Made by a program: the position numbers and the translations under genes. A stretch of 64,000 nucleotides of DNA from the NCBI GenBank assembly GCA_965261735.1, contig OZ253470.1:3232001-3296000 (forward strand), read 5' to 3'. Source of the stretch: Alphaproteobacteria bacterium (GTDB lineage Bacteria > Pseudomonadota > Alphaproteobacteria > SHVV01). The notes below the pieces were generated by a model, which ran no database searches, was not told the DNA's origin, and worked only from the letters and a program-made list of their open reading frames with translations. Below are positions 39,637 to 50,078 of the stretch, piece by piece. The first letter of the stretch is position 1. Each line of letters begins with the position of its first letter.

Positions 39637-40365
39637 GTCATAGGACCAGACGTGATTGGGCCAGCACGGCCGCAGACGGATGCAGGATCCGTCGTTGAGC
39701 CACAGCCTGCCCCGTTTCGGTTGCTTCTGTGGGACCTTCAGCCCCTCCCGCCACCAGATGCGCTGGACCCGCTTGGCGTTCACGTGCCAACCTTCGGTCC
39801 TGAGCAAGGCAGTGATCCGCCGATAGCCATATCTGCCATACTGGCTGGTCAAGCGGATGATCGCGGCCGTGAGTGCCTCTTCATCATCCCGACCACGGGG
39901 TCTCTTGCGCTGGGTTGAGCGATGTTGGCCTGCAACAGCACAGGCACGTCGCTCGGAGATTCCCAATTCGGCCTGGAGATGATCAACACACTGCCGGCGA
40001 CGGGCGGGGCTTAGCAGTTTCCCTCAAGCGCCTCTTTCAAGATCAGCTTATCCAACGTCAGATCCGAGATCGCCTTCCGGAGACGGCCATTCTCCTTCTC
40101 CAGGTCCTTCAGACGCTTGGCCTGGTCAGTACGAAGGCCGCCATATTCCTTGCGCCAGCGATAGTAACTCTGCTCCGATACGCCGAGCGTGCGACAAGCT
40201 TGACCAATGGACTGGCCCTGCGCCAAGGCCACCTCGGCTTCGCGCAACATGCTGATAATCTGTTCTGGGGTGTAGCGTTTACGGCTCATTTTGTCCTCCT
40301 TTCGAGGGGGCAAAATGCGCCAAACTCTCTTAACAAATTTGGACCACTTTTAGGGGGTCACTCCA
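39636..40365 (-). mobile_element. 5' half of an IS3-family (IS407-like) element: orfA 40011-40289 and partial orfB
   Basis: Left end TGGAGTGACCCCC; MSRKRYTPEQ...SYYRWRKEYGG; GGGAAAC at the orfA/orfB overlap; YGYRRI, NHVWSYD. Confidence 0.88.
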
Positions 40366-40820
40366 GTTGAGCTCGGTGGTGGTGCCGGTCTGAATGCAGA
40401 TCGAGGCGCCGTCGAGCCCCTTGGCGCTCATTATGCCAAGCGCCTTGCGGCCGATGAAGCTCTGGCCGTCATAGTAGCTGACGCCAATGAAGGTGAAGCC
40501 GAGGTCGACATCGCGCGACAGCGTCCAGGTCGTGTTGCGCGACAGCACGTCGATCTCGCCCGAAGCCAGCGCCGGGAACCGGTTCTTACCGGTCAGGTTA
40601 ACGTAGGAGACCTTGTCCGCATCGCCCAGCACGGCGTCGGCCAGCGCCCGGCAATAGGCGACGTCGAAGGCCGGTCCAGTTGCCCTCGTCGTCGGTGAAG
40701 GCGAAGCCCGGCAGGCCCGTGTTGATGCCGCATTTGAGCGTGCCTGCGGCCTTCATGTCGTCGAGAGTCGCTGCCTGGCCCGGCATCACGCCTGCGACCA
40801 TGAGCGCACCGACCGCCGCG
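40366..40820 (-). pseudogene. Partial duplicate of aapJ
   Basis: Matches about 44643-45096 with a few SNPs and a 1-bp insertion. Confidence 0.9.
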
Positions 40821-40920
40821 GCTTTCTGGGTGCGGACCGGTGCTGAGACCCAGCGGCCCAGGCGTGGCGCACCAGCCGCGCAGGGGCCCGACGCGAGCGC
40901 GGCGACCCCCGCTGTCGGAT

Positions 40921-41685
40921 CTACAATATCTGGTTCAGGAACAGCTTGGTCCGGTCGGACTGCGGGTTGTTGAAGAACTCGTCTGGCGTATTCTGCTCGA
41001 CGATCTGGCCGGCATCCATAAAGATCACGCGATCGGCGACCTGGGCGGCGAATCCCATCTCGTGGGTGACGACCAGCATGGTCATGCCGCTTTCGGCGAG
41101 ATCGACCATGACTTCGAGGACTTCCTTGATCATCTCGGGATCGAGCGCCGAGGTCGGCTCGTCGAACAGCATGATGTTGGGCTGCATGCATAGAGCGCGC
41201 GCGATCGCCACCCGCTGCTGCTGGCCGCCCGAGAGCTGGCCCGGATATTTATCCGCCTGCTCGGGAATCTTGACTCGCTCGAGATACTGCATTGCGATCT
41301 TCTGCGCCTCGGCCTTCGGCCTCTTGCGCACCCAGATCGGCGCCAGCGTGCAGTTTTCCAGCACCGTCAGATGCGGAAACAAATTGAACTGCTGGAAGAC
41401 CATGCCGACCTCGCGGCGGATGGCGTCGATGTTCTTGAGATTGTGTGTCAGCTCGGTGCCGTCGACGCTGACCTCGCCTTCTTGATATTCCTCAAGCCTA
41501 TTGATGCAGCGGATCAATGTCGATTTTCCGGACCCCGACGGCCCGCAGATGACGATGCGTTCGCGCCGCGCCACCGACAGATCGATGTCGCGGAGCACGT
41601 GAAACCGGCCGAACCACTTGTTGAGCCCCGTGATCTCGATGATCGGTTCCTCGGCATTCGTCGGTTTTGTTTCGGCCGTCGGCAT
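40921..41685 (-). CDS. aapP: Amino acid ABC transporter ATP-binding protein
   Basis: [27 protein letters not shown]. Confidence 0.92.
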   Translation of the reverse strand: MPTAETKPTNAEEPIIEITGLNKWFGRFHVLRDIDLSVARRERIVICGPSGSGKSTLIRCINRLEEYQEGEVSVDGTELTHNLKNIDAIRREVGMVFQQFNLFPHLTVLENCTLAPIWVRKRPKAEAQKIAMQYLERVKIPEQADKYPGQLSGGQQQRVAIARALCMQPNIMLFDEPTSALDPEMIKEVLEVMVDLAESGMTMLVVTHEMGFAAQVADRVIFMDAGQIVEQNTPDEFFNNPQSDRTKLFLNQIL

Positions 41686-41697
41686 GATGCCCGCTCC

Positions 41698-42810
41698 CTA
41701 ACGTTTCGTCGTGTCCAGGCGCTTTTCGAGGTTGATCGAGTAGCGCGACATGCCGAAGCAGATGACGAAGAAGAACAACGCCGCCAGCACGTAGGTTTCG
41801 TAGTCGACCGTGCCGAGCCAGTCGGGGTTGGTCTGGAGGAGGCGCGCCTGACCCAATATGTCGAATAGGCCGATGATAATGACCAGCGTGGTGTCCTTGA
41901 ACAGGCCGATGAAGGTGTTGACGATGCTCGGAATGGAGATCTTCAGCGCCTGCGGCAGAACCACGAGCCGCATCATCCGCCCGTAGCTCAGACCTATCGC
42001 CTGGGCCGCTTCGTACTGGCCCTGGGGGATCGCCTGCAGCCCGCCGCGGATCACCTCGGCCATATAGGCAGAGGCGAACAGCGTGATCATGATCATCACG
42101 CGCATCAACTGGTCGAGCGAGACTTCCGGCGGCAGGAAGAGCTGCAGGATGACGATGGCAACGAACAGCAGGGTGATCAACGGCACACCCCGGATAAACT
42201 CGATGAACGCGACCGACAGGATGCGGATCACCGGCATGCGCGAGCGCCGGCCAAGCGCCAGCAGGATGCCGATCGGCAGCGACAGCAGAATTCCCGTCAA
42301 GCCGGCGACGAGGTTGAGCATGAAGCCGCCGAACCTGTCGGTGGTCACACCCTCGAGGCCAAAGCCGCCGATCAGCAGGAACGTCGCGATCACGGGATAG
42401 GCGAGCGAGAACCAGCGCCCGTAGCGCACGTAGGGCAATTTGCCGAACAGCAGGTAGGCAAGCGCCGGCACCAGCAGGATGACGGCCAAGTTGACGCGCC
42501 AATAGGCCCCGCTCGGATAGGAGCCGTAGAGGAACTGGTCGATACGCTGGTCAAGCCAAGCCCAACAGGCGCCCTCAGCCGTGCATTCCTTGCCGGTGGC
42601 GCCGGTGAAGTCGGCGTCGATCAGTGCCCAGTTGACCACCGGCGGCACGATCAACCACAGAAGCGCGAGCGCGAGCAGCGTCAGTACCGTACTCAAATAG
42701 CTTGAGAACAGATTTGCGCGCACCCAGCCGATCAAACCGACGCTGGTGATTGGCGGCGCCCGTTCAGGCAGCATGTCCGCCTGGCTGCGATGGAAGACCC
42801 GGTCGGTCAT
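41698..42810 (-). CDS. aapM: Amino acid ABC transporter permease
   Basis: GACW, RGVPLIT, SAYMAEVIRGGLQAI, FKDTTLV. Confidence 0.9.
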   Translation of the reverse strand: MTDRVFHRSQADMLPERAPPITSVGLIGWVRANLFSSYLSTVLTLLALALLWLIVPPVVNWALIDADFTGATGKECTAEGACWAWLDQRIDQFLYGSYPSGAYWRVNLAVILLVPALAYLLFGKLPYVRYGRWFSLAYPVIATFLLIGGFGLEGVTTDRFGGFMLNLVAGLTGILLSLPIGILLALGRRSRMPVIRILSVAFIEFIRGVPLITLLFVAIVILQLFLPPEVSLDQLMRVMIMITLFASAYMAEVIRGGLQAIPQGQYEAAQAIGLSYGRMMRLVVLPQALKISIPSIVNTFIGLFKDTTLVIIIGLFDILGQARLLQTNPDWLGTVDYETYVLAALFFFVICFGMSRYSINLEKRLDTTKR

Positions 42811-43997
42811 CGCTCCACCAGCGCGATGCGTTTGTTGTACCAGTTCATGAACGCCGAGGTGAGCAGGCTGAGCACAAGATAGAAGCTCATATAGATCGAG
42901 ATCACCTCGAGCGCCCGACCGCTCTGATTGAGGATGGTATCCCCGATCGAGACCATGTCCTGGTAACCGATGGCGACGGCGAGCGAGGAGTTCTTGGCCA
43001 AGTTGAGATACTGGCTAGTCGCCGGCGGGATGATCACGCGCAATGCCTGCGGCAGGATGATCTTGCGCATCGTCAACCCGCGCCTGAGCCCGAGCGCGCT
43101 GGCCGCCTCGGTCTGCCCCTTGGAGACCGAGAGAATACCGGCGCGGACGATCTCGGAGATGAAGGCGCCGGTATAGGCCGACAGCGCTATCCACAGCGCG
43201 ATCAGCTCCGGCGTGATGTTTAGACCGCCTTCGAAATTGAAACGCTTGGCAACCGGCAGCTCGAAATCGAGCGGCTGGCCGATGATGAAATAGACGATCA
43301 GCGGAATGCCGACGACCAGCCCGAGGCCGGTCCAACTGACCGGAAATGTCCGGCCCGTCGCGTCCTGGCGCGGCCTGGCCCAGCGGGAGACCAGGACGGT
43401 CCCGATGACACCCGCGAAGATCATCGCCAGCACGATCGCCGATCCGTCCTCGAAAATCGGCGCGGGTATGCGCACGCCGCGGTTGTTGAGGAAGATCGAA
43501 TCGCCGATCGACAGGCTCCCGCGCACCCGCGGCAGCGCCAGCAAGATCAACCACCAGAAAATGATCTGCAGGAGCACCGGGACGTTGCGGATGCACTCGA
43601 CATAGACGGCCGCCATTCGGCTGATCAGGTAGTTGTTGGAAAGCCGCAGGACGCCGGCGAGGAAGCCGATGACCGTCGCGGTGACGACGCCCATCGCGGC
43701 GACGAGAATGGTGTTGAGGCCGCCGACGATGAACGCACGTCCGTAGGTCGAGGTCGAGGAGTACTCGATGAGCCGCTGGTTGATGTCGAACGAGGCGGTA
43801 TCGAACAAGAAGCCGTAGCCGGAGGCGAGGCCGGCGCGCTGCAAATTGGCAATCGTATTCGAGGCGATGAAGGCGATGAACAGCGCCAGCCCGAGCACCA
43901 GCAGCAACTGGAAGATCACGCCTCGGGCGCGCTCGTCCGTCCACACGCGGCTGAATTCGATCCGGCCGTCGCCGGCGGCGGCTGCGTTTTTAGCCAC
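42807..43997 (-). CDS. aapQ: Amino acid ABC transporter permease
   Basis: RNVPVLLQ, PELIALW, EIVRAGI, KNSSLAVAIGY. Confidence 0.9.
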   Translation of the reverse strand: MAKNAAAAGDGRIEFSRVWTDERARGVIFQLLLVLGLALFIAFIASNTIANLQRAGLASGYGFLFDTASFDINQRLIEYSSTSTYGRAFIVGGLNTILVAAMGVVTATVIGFLAGVLRLSNNYLISRMAAVYVECIRNVPVLLQIIFWWLILLALPRVRGSLSIGDSIFLNNRGVRIPAPIFEDGSAIVLAMIFAGVIGTVLVSRWARPRQDATGRTFPVSWTGLGLVVGIPLIVYFIIGQPLDFELPVAKRFNFEGGLNITPELIALWIALSAYTGAFISEIVRAGILSVSKGQTEAASALGLRRGLTMRKIILPQALRVIIPPATSQYLNLAKNSSLAVAIGYQDMVSIGDTILNQSGRALEVISIYMSFYLVLSLLTSAFMNWYNKRIALVER

Positions 43998-44096
43998 CGT
44001 CCCGCAGCTTTACATGTCGTGCGGTTTTGCCCGCAAGCCGGTCACGCCACCGCCCCGCCCGGAGAGCGCCGAGCGGGACGACCATATCGTGAACGC

Positions 44097-45125
44097 CTAG
44101 CGGATCGGGGGCGAATAGAGGATGCCGCCGTCTTTGTAGAGGGCGTTGAGACCCCGCGCCAGACCGAGCGCGGTGTTGGGACCGAGATATCTGTCGAAGA
44201 TCTCCGCGTAGTTGCCCTCCGCCGCGATGGCGCGGACCGCCCATTGCGCGTCGAGGCCGAGCATCTCCCCCATCGAGCCGTCGGCGCCGAGCATGCGCTT
44301 GACTTCGGGAATGTCGGTTCCCATGGCCATATCCGCGACATTGGCCTGGGTCACGCCGAGTTCCTCGGCGGTGATCAGCGCGTTCAACACCCAGCGCGCG
44401 ATATCGGCCCACTGGTCGTCGCCATGGCGCACCAGCGGCCCCAGCGGCTCCTTCGAGATGATCTCCGGGAACACCATATGCGCGGCGGCGTCGGCGAAGG
44501 TCGCCTTGGTCGCGGCGAGGCCCGAGGCGTCCGTCGTATAGACGTCGCAGCGCTCCGCTTCGTAGGCGGCGCGCGCCTCGGCGTTGGTCTCGATCGGCAC
44601 CGGCTCGTAGGACAGGTTGTTGACGCGGATGAAGTCCGCGAGGTTGAGCTCGGTGGTGGTGCCGGTCTGAATGCAGATCGAGGCGCCGTCGAGCTCCTTG
44701 GCGCTCATTATGCCAAGCGCCTTGCGGCCGATGAAGCCCTGGCCGTCATAGTAGCTGACGCCAATGAAGGTGAAGCCGAGGTCGGCATCGCGCGACAGCG
44801 TCCAGGTCGTGTTGCGCGACAGCACGTCGATCTCGCCCGAAGCCAGCGCCGGGAACCGGGTCTTACCGGTCAGGTTGACGTAGGAGACCTTGTCCGCATC
44901 GCCCAGCACGGCGGCGGCCAGCGCCCGGCAATAGGCGACGTCGAAGCCGGTCCAGTTGCCCTCGTCGTCGGTGAAGGCGAAGCCCGGCAGGCCCGTGTTG
45001 ATGCCGCATTTGAGCGTGCCTGCGGCCTTCATGTCGTCGAGAGTCGCTGCCTGGCCCGGCATCACGCCTGCGACCATGAGCGCACCGACCGCCGCGATGG
45101 CGGCGGCAACCATTCTAAACCCCAT
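44097..45125 (-). CDS. aapJ: Amino acid ABC transporter substrate-binding protein
   Basis: LSRNTTWT, YYDGQGF, GTTTELN, ISKEPLGP, GNYAEIF. Confidence 0.92.
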   Translation of the reverse strand: MGFRMVAAAIAAVGALMVAGVMPGQAATLDDMKAAGTLKCGINTGLPGFAFTDDEGNWTGFDVAYCRALAAAVLGDADKVSYVNLTGKTRFPALASGEIDVLSRNTTWTLSRDADLGFTFIGVSYYDGQGFIGRKALGIMSAKELDGASICIQTGTTTELNLADFIRVNNLSYEPVPIETNAEARAAYEAERCDVYTTDASGLAATKATFADAAAHMVFPEIISKEPLGPLVRHGDDQWADIARWVLNALITAEELGVTQANVADMAMGTDIPEVKRMLGADGSMGEMLGLDAQWAVRAIAAEGNYAEIFDRYLGPNTALGLARGLNALYKDGGILYSPPIR

Positions 45126-45713
45126 TCCTGCCCTCCAGTTTCAGATTTGCATAGTACGGGTGCCGGACCGCGCACAGCCAGCAAAGAAGAATCATAAGCA
45201 TATTGCAAATTGTTGTAAATAAGCAAGTTTTTGGTATTAAGGATATTTACACTGGGATTCCCCAGATTGCTTCTCCCAGCCGCCGACAATGATAGCAGAA
45301 TGGGCATCCGACCGCAATCCGCCGTCAAAGCTGTTGAGCGCCCAGGTGGCGCTACCGCCGCTGTCGAAAACTGACGCCCACCGCGACCGCGCCCACCGCC
45401 TGATAGACGATGGCAGGCTCCATTCCAGCGGAACCTCGCCACCATCGTCCACGATACAAAGCGCGAGCGTGTGAATGCCAACAGCCAATGCTGCGTAATA
45501 AGCCTTTCATCTCCCTCTTCGATCACCTCGTCACTATGAGGCTGAGGGAGCTTGACCCGTTTTCGGTCTAGCCCGATTACGAATGCTTTACCTCCAGACC
45601 TGGACATAAAACTGCGGCGCAAAAGGCGCTCTTTTGTATGCTGAACGCCTGGGCGACGCGACCACCTTCGAAGACGAAAGAAGTGCACTCGAAAGTTGGC
45701 TAACGGGCTCGCA

Positions 45714-46469
45714 TCACGGCGGTAGCTCGTCGCCATTCCACTGGTAGAGGTTGCCGCTATCCGTGAGCGTCAAACGATCGATCAGCGCCCGCATTCCGCG
45801 GATGCTCTCGACCGGATCGAGCAAAATATCCTCTCTGTCTCCAGGTCCAAGACCGGCGCGTCCCAATACAGTATTCGCCCAACCTGGGTTAATCGATACC
45901 ACGATGACGCCCTGATCCTTGAGATAGCCGGACATGCTTTTGGCCAACATGTTGATGGCCGCTTTCGTCGTGCGGTAGACGTGTTTTTCATCACCCCACA
46001 CCAGCGAACCTCCGCCGGGCGTGGAGATACTCGATAGCGTGCTGGCCATTGTTATCATTATCCGCCGGTTCGAACACGCAACATGCGGCGTAAAGGCTTC
46101 GGACATTTTGCACGTGCCGAACAGGTTACCCTCCATGGCCCACCGCCATTTCTCGTAATTGGTCTGGCCCCACGGGTCGGACATTTCAAAATCGGTCCCC
46201 ACGCCGCCCGCGACGCCCGCATTGTTGCAGAGGACGTCGATCGCCTCGTCTTTGAGTTCGCCGGCGAGCGCCTCAATTGCGGCGTGATCGGCGACATCCA
46301 GCTTGTGGATTGTGATCCGACCATCCGCATTGTTTGCGAGCAGAGTGAGCTCGTCGGCTTTGTCCGGGTTGCGGCAACACGCCCGGATGCGCCACCCTGC
46401 CTGATCGAGCTGGCGTACCCATTCGAGGCCGAGCCCCCGATTGGCACCGGTAATAAGCATCGTATCCAT
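45714..46469 (-). CDS. SDR oxidoreductase (CsgA-like)
   Basis: TGANRGLG, NNAG, YRTTK, NPGW. Confidence 0.88.
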   Translation of the reverse strand: MDTMLITGANRGLGLEWVRQLDQAGWRIRACCRNPDKADELTLLANNADGRITIHKLDVADHAAIEALAGELKDEAIDVLCNNAGVAGGVGTDFEMSDPWGQTNYEKWRWAMEGNLFGTCKMSEAFTPHVACSNRRIMITMASTLSSISTPGGGSLVWGDEKHVYRTTKAAINMLAKSMSGYLKDQGVIVVSINPGWANTVLGRAGLGPGDREDILLDPVESIRGMRALIDRLTLTDSGNLYQWNGDELPP

Positions 46470-46821
46470 TGCTAGTCCCGCCCTACTTGCCGATCTATCT
46501 CCTAAACAATATGCAATGCGCTACGGCCCTACCAGGAAGTATCGAGCCGTCCCAGTGAAACAGCCTCCCGCAGTCTTCGACGGTAACGTTTTCAGCCCGG
46601 GGTGCGTAAGCGGCACGCCGACAGCGTTGTAGACGGCCAAGGCGTACTGATCGAGGATCAGGAAGACCAGGGCGGTCGCTGCCTGAACCGACGTCCACAC
46701 GCTCTACCCGAGCTTTGCGCCCGTATGGATGCGTGCTTCACCGGGCGTTATTCCGGCGGCGTTTGGGCGGACAACGTAACGATGTGTTTCAGTCTTGCCA
46801 CGGCGATGTAATCAGGTGGAC

Positions 46822-46859
46822 AAAAAGCCGGGCCCCCAGGTAATCCCAGGGCCCGGCTT
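46822..46859 (-). terminator. Rho-independent terminator
   Basis: AAGCCGGGCCC/GGGCCCGGCTT stem with T-tract on the minus strand, downstream of 46926-47930. Confidence 0.75.
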
Positions 46860-46925
46860 ATAGGAAATTCGGTTGGCTGCCGCTAAGTGCGAGCCGCCAA
46901 ACGCTTTCTCAGTGCTGCGTGCGGC

Positions 46926-47930
46926 TTATTGAACGTAGTCATTTGTGAACACATCGGCCGGCTTGATGTCTTTTGGTACCAATCCGACATCGGCCATCAG
47001 CGCCAGGCTCGATTTCCACGCCGCCGGCTCCATATATCCCGCCGGTTTGTCCTTGGGCGAGGCGAACAAGGGTTGATACATCTGGAGCTGCTTAAGCGAC
47101 GTATCGCGATTGATCTTATTGTCCGGACGCGCCGCGAAGATCGCATCGAGGCCTTCGGCCTGGTGACCATTGATCACGTATTGGAAGGCCTTCATGGTTA
47201 CTTTCACAAATGTGCGGATATCGTCTGGTCGTTTCTTAAGCGCTTCGTCACTCGAGATTAGACCCCAACCGGGCAACACCATCCCAGTTTCGTAGAGCAT
47301 AAAAAAATCGGACGGCCGTTCCTTTTCGATGAGGGGAATGGCATAGGCGGGCACCGTCGTCATCGCCATGTTTCCGGTGCCAATGATGTAGCTCGACATC
47401 TTCGCCGCCGGCGAAACAGCCGTGAGCTTTGCTTTGTGCACATCCGAGCCGCTCATCCTGAAAATGGTTTCGAACAACGGCGCCCATGCATCACCGGTGC
47501 TCATGATGATGATCGCGCCCGCATCGACGAGATCCTTTGGTGTTTTCCAGTTCTTCCCCTTCGGAAAGACGAAACCCAAATCGGACTTCTGCGCCATCGC
47601 CGCGATCACCTTCACGGGTACACCCTTGCCCCGCGCGATGGCTGCTGTGCTGAGGTTTATGCAACCGCCAATGTCGAATCTACCGGCCGCGACCAGTTGA
47701 ATACCGACCGCAGAGCCTTTGCCATCTTCGATCTCCACCGTAAGACCGGCATCTTTGTACCAACCTTTCTGGTTGGCCAAATGATACCAGGAATGAATGC
47801 CGCTCGGCAGCCATTCGAGTTTTACCCGGATCGGATCGGCCGCCTGTACCGGCGCCGCTGCCAATATGCCAAGCGATGCGGCGACCAAAACACCACCCAA
47901 CAGACGCGAGCCGTGCCAAAAACGATGCAT
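46926..47930 (-). CDS. NMT1/THI5-like ABC substrate-binding protein
   Basis: Signal peptide; LEWLP..H, KGWYKDAGL.V.I..G.GS, VFTNDY. Confidence 0.85.
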   Translation of the reverse strand: MHRFWHGSRLLGGVLVAASLGILAAAPVQAADPIRVKLEWLPSGIHSWYHLANQKGWYKDAGLTVEIEDGKGSAVGIQLVAAGRFDIGGCINLSTAAIARGKGVPVKVIAAMAQKSDLGFVFPKGKNWKTPKDLVDAGAIIIMSTGDAWAPLFETIFRMSGSDVHKAKLTAVSPAAKMSSYIIGTGNMAMTTVPAYAIPLIEKERPSDFFMLYETGMVLPGWGLISSDEALKKRPDDIRTFVKVTMKAFQYVINGHQAEGLDAIFAARPDNKINRDTSLKQLQMYQPLFASPKDKPAGYMEPAAWKSSLALMADVGLVPKDIKPADVFTNDYVQ

Positions 47931-48228
47931 TGTTCATCCCTCTGCTAAGTTATGAAACCAGCATAGGGACTTACCATGGTGAAGAAAAGTGATTTCGCCA
48001 CCGTCGACAAGGCGGCCTATCACGGTGCCGACTACCCCGACGGGTTCGAACCGGGCCTCCGGTATCGCGATCGGCACGGACCAGCGGGCTAGGGTCGCGG
48101 TGCTCACGGCAATTCCCGCCAATTCCAGGTGAATACCGTCCCGCACGGCCGGCAACATTGCCTCGGCAGGCAATCCGAACTACTGTCTCCTCGCAAACCG
48201 GGGTTCATTTGGGAATGTCGGTTAGATC

Positions 48229-48515
48229 ATGAAGGCCCAAGCACTGGGGATCGTCACTCGTCGCGACGTCGACGCCTTCGAGCGCGACGCCGAAACTGGC
48301 GACTGTATCGTCAATCATCTGCTCACGGTTCATTGGGAGCCGGGGAATCATACGAATGGGAGCCGTCGGGCTGTCGTCTACCGCCTAGCCGGCGACGACG
48401 TCGTGTGCGTCGAGCGCGGACCAGGCCGATCCAAACCGAAATACGATCGGGCCTGAACCCAGGCGATCCGATTCCTGCCGATCACGACCAGTTCCCGACG
48501 ATTTGGCCGCGCAAT
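48229..48515 (+). pseudogene. Internally deleted PhyH paralog
   Basis: DAFERD joined to ETGDC..H..PGN..RRA..YRL.GDD..FP.IWPR, mirroring both ends of the next gene. Confidence 0.65.
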
Positions 48516-48526
48516 GGGAGATCATC

Positions 48527-49429
48527 ATGAACCGCAACATGCCGAGACCGCTGAGCAGAGACGAACTCGATGCCTTCGAGCGCGATGGCGTCGCCCTGGT
48601 GAAGGGTATGTTCGATGCCGATTGGATCGAGCGAATGAGCGCGGCCCTCGACGTCATCCTCGACACGCCGAGCGAGCGCATGGGCGACCTCAACCCGGAA
48701 GGAAAGCCGGGAAAGTTCGTGTATGACAATTACATCTGGACGTTCAACGACGAGTTCCGTGCATTGGCGTGCGATTCTCCAGTCCCGGAGATCGCAGCGG
48801 CGGCGATGAACTCGGAGCGGGTCAACCTGCTCTACGATTTCGTTCTCGTTAAAGAGCCGAATTCGCCGCACGGTGAAACCCGCTGGCACCAGGATACCTA
48901 CGGCAACCCTTGCGAGGGAAACCAGACGATGGGGTTGTGGTTGTCGCTCGACCACGTAACGGCAGAGAGCGGTGCGGTCGAATGGGTGCGCGGTTCTCAC
49001 CTCTCGGGCCGGCGCTTCGAGCCAACGACAACCGGCGATCCCGATCGGCATTCCTTCCTGAGTGGCCACGACGCCGACGTCGCGTCCGCGCGTCCTGAGG
49101 ACCAGGTTGAGCCGATGCCCGATATTAAGAACAATCGCGACGACTACGACATCATCTCGTTCGAAACCGAGCCGGGCGATTGCCTGATCGCCAAACTCGG
49201 TCTTCTTCATGGCGCACCCGGCAATGTGACGGACCGGCGCCGGCGTGCGATTGGCTATCGGCTCGTCGGTGACGATGCGTGGTATGCGGTGCGCGCGACG
49301 GCGCGCTCGATCCGGCCGTACACCAGCCCCGGGCTGGAACACGGTGAGGCATTTCCTGCCGACGCCAATCACAGCGTGTTCCCAATGATTTGGCCGCGGC
49401 CGCACGCGCACGAAGCCGCCGCCGAGTAA
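48527..49429 (+). CDS. Phytanoyl-CoA dioxygenase family (Fe/2OG) protein
   Basis: WHQD, WLSLD, VRGSH, PGD, LHGAPGN, RRA. Confidence 0.9.
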   Translation: MNRNMPRPLSRDELDAFERDGVALVKGMFDADWIERMSAALDVILDTPSERMGDLNPEGKPGKFVYDNYIWTFNDEFRALACDSPVPEIAAAAMNSERVNLLYDFVLVKEPNSPHGETRWHQDTYGNPCEGNQTMGLWLSLDHVTAESGAVEWVRGSHLSGRRFEPTTTGDPDRHSFLSGHDADVASARPEDQVEPMPDIKNNRDDYDIISFETEPGDCLIAKLGLLHGAPGNVTDRRRRAIGYRLVGDDAWYAVRATARSIRPYTSPGLEHGEAFPADANHSVFPMIWPRPHAHEAAAE

Positions 49430-50078
49430 CCTCTCCGGCGCCTCGTTTGACGCTTATCGGGGCGCCACCTAGCATGCCCGGACCCTGGCAAGGGCAATAA
49501 TGATTAAGAGATAGTCTGAGGGGGTAGTGCCCGTCAGCAAAATGCCGCAGTTGGGTCACGAGCTGCCGTACACCGATTACGCCTGGCACGTCCGGACCTG
49601 CGGGTGAACCGGAAGGAAACGCCCCGAAAGCGGAAGTCGGCGTTGGAGAGTCCGCATTTGAAGGTGGACCGGACGGACCGCGAGCATGCCCGTTAGGTCC
49701 GGGGTTAGCCAGGAGCGGAAATTCGCGCTAGCCACCGAGAACGGCTCACTGCTCTGGTAGTCCCGCCCTTAGAAGACCGTCCCTGTGGTGCGTGCGGTCT
49801 TCGTCGCTAAGGTAGTGCATGGTCACCATGTGAGCATCGACAGTGAAGTCCGGGGCGCGACCCAATACCTCTCTGCTGTGCGCCGGCGCAGGCTGAACTA
49901 GCGCACCAGAAAGTATCGGCCTCCGTGGTGCCCCGCCTCGCGCGGGGCTTCTCTTTTGGTGCCCGCTATATCAAGCTCCGCATGTCGCTTAGGGTCAAGA
50001 CTGGCACTCCCGTGGCCGGTCTCTGAAGGTCTGCAATGGGGTCGCAAGAAACCTTCAGTTAGTAAGTACACGCTCTAG

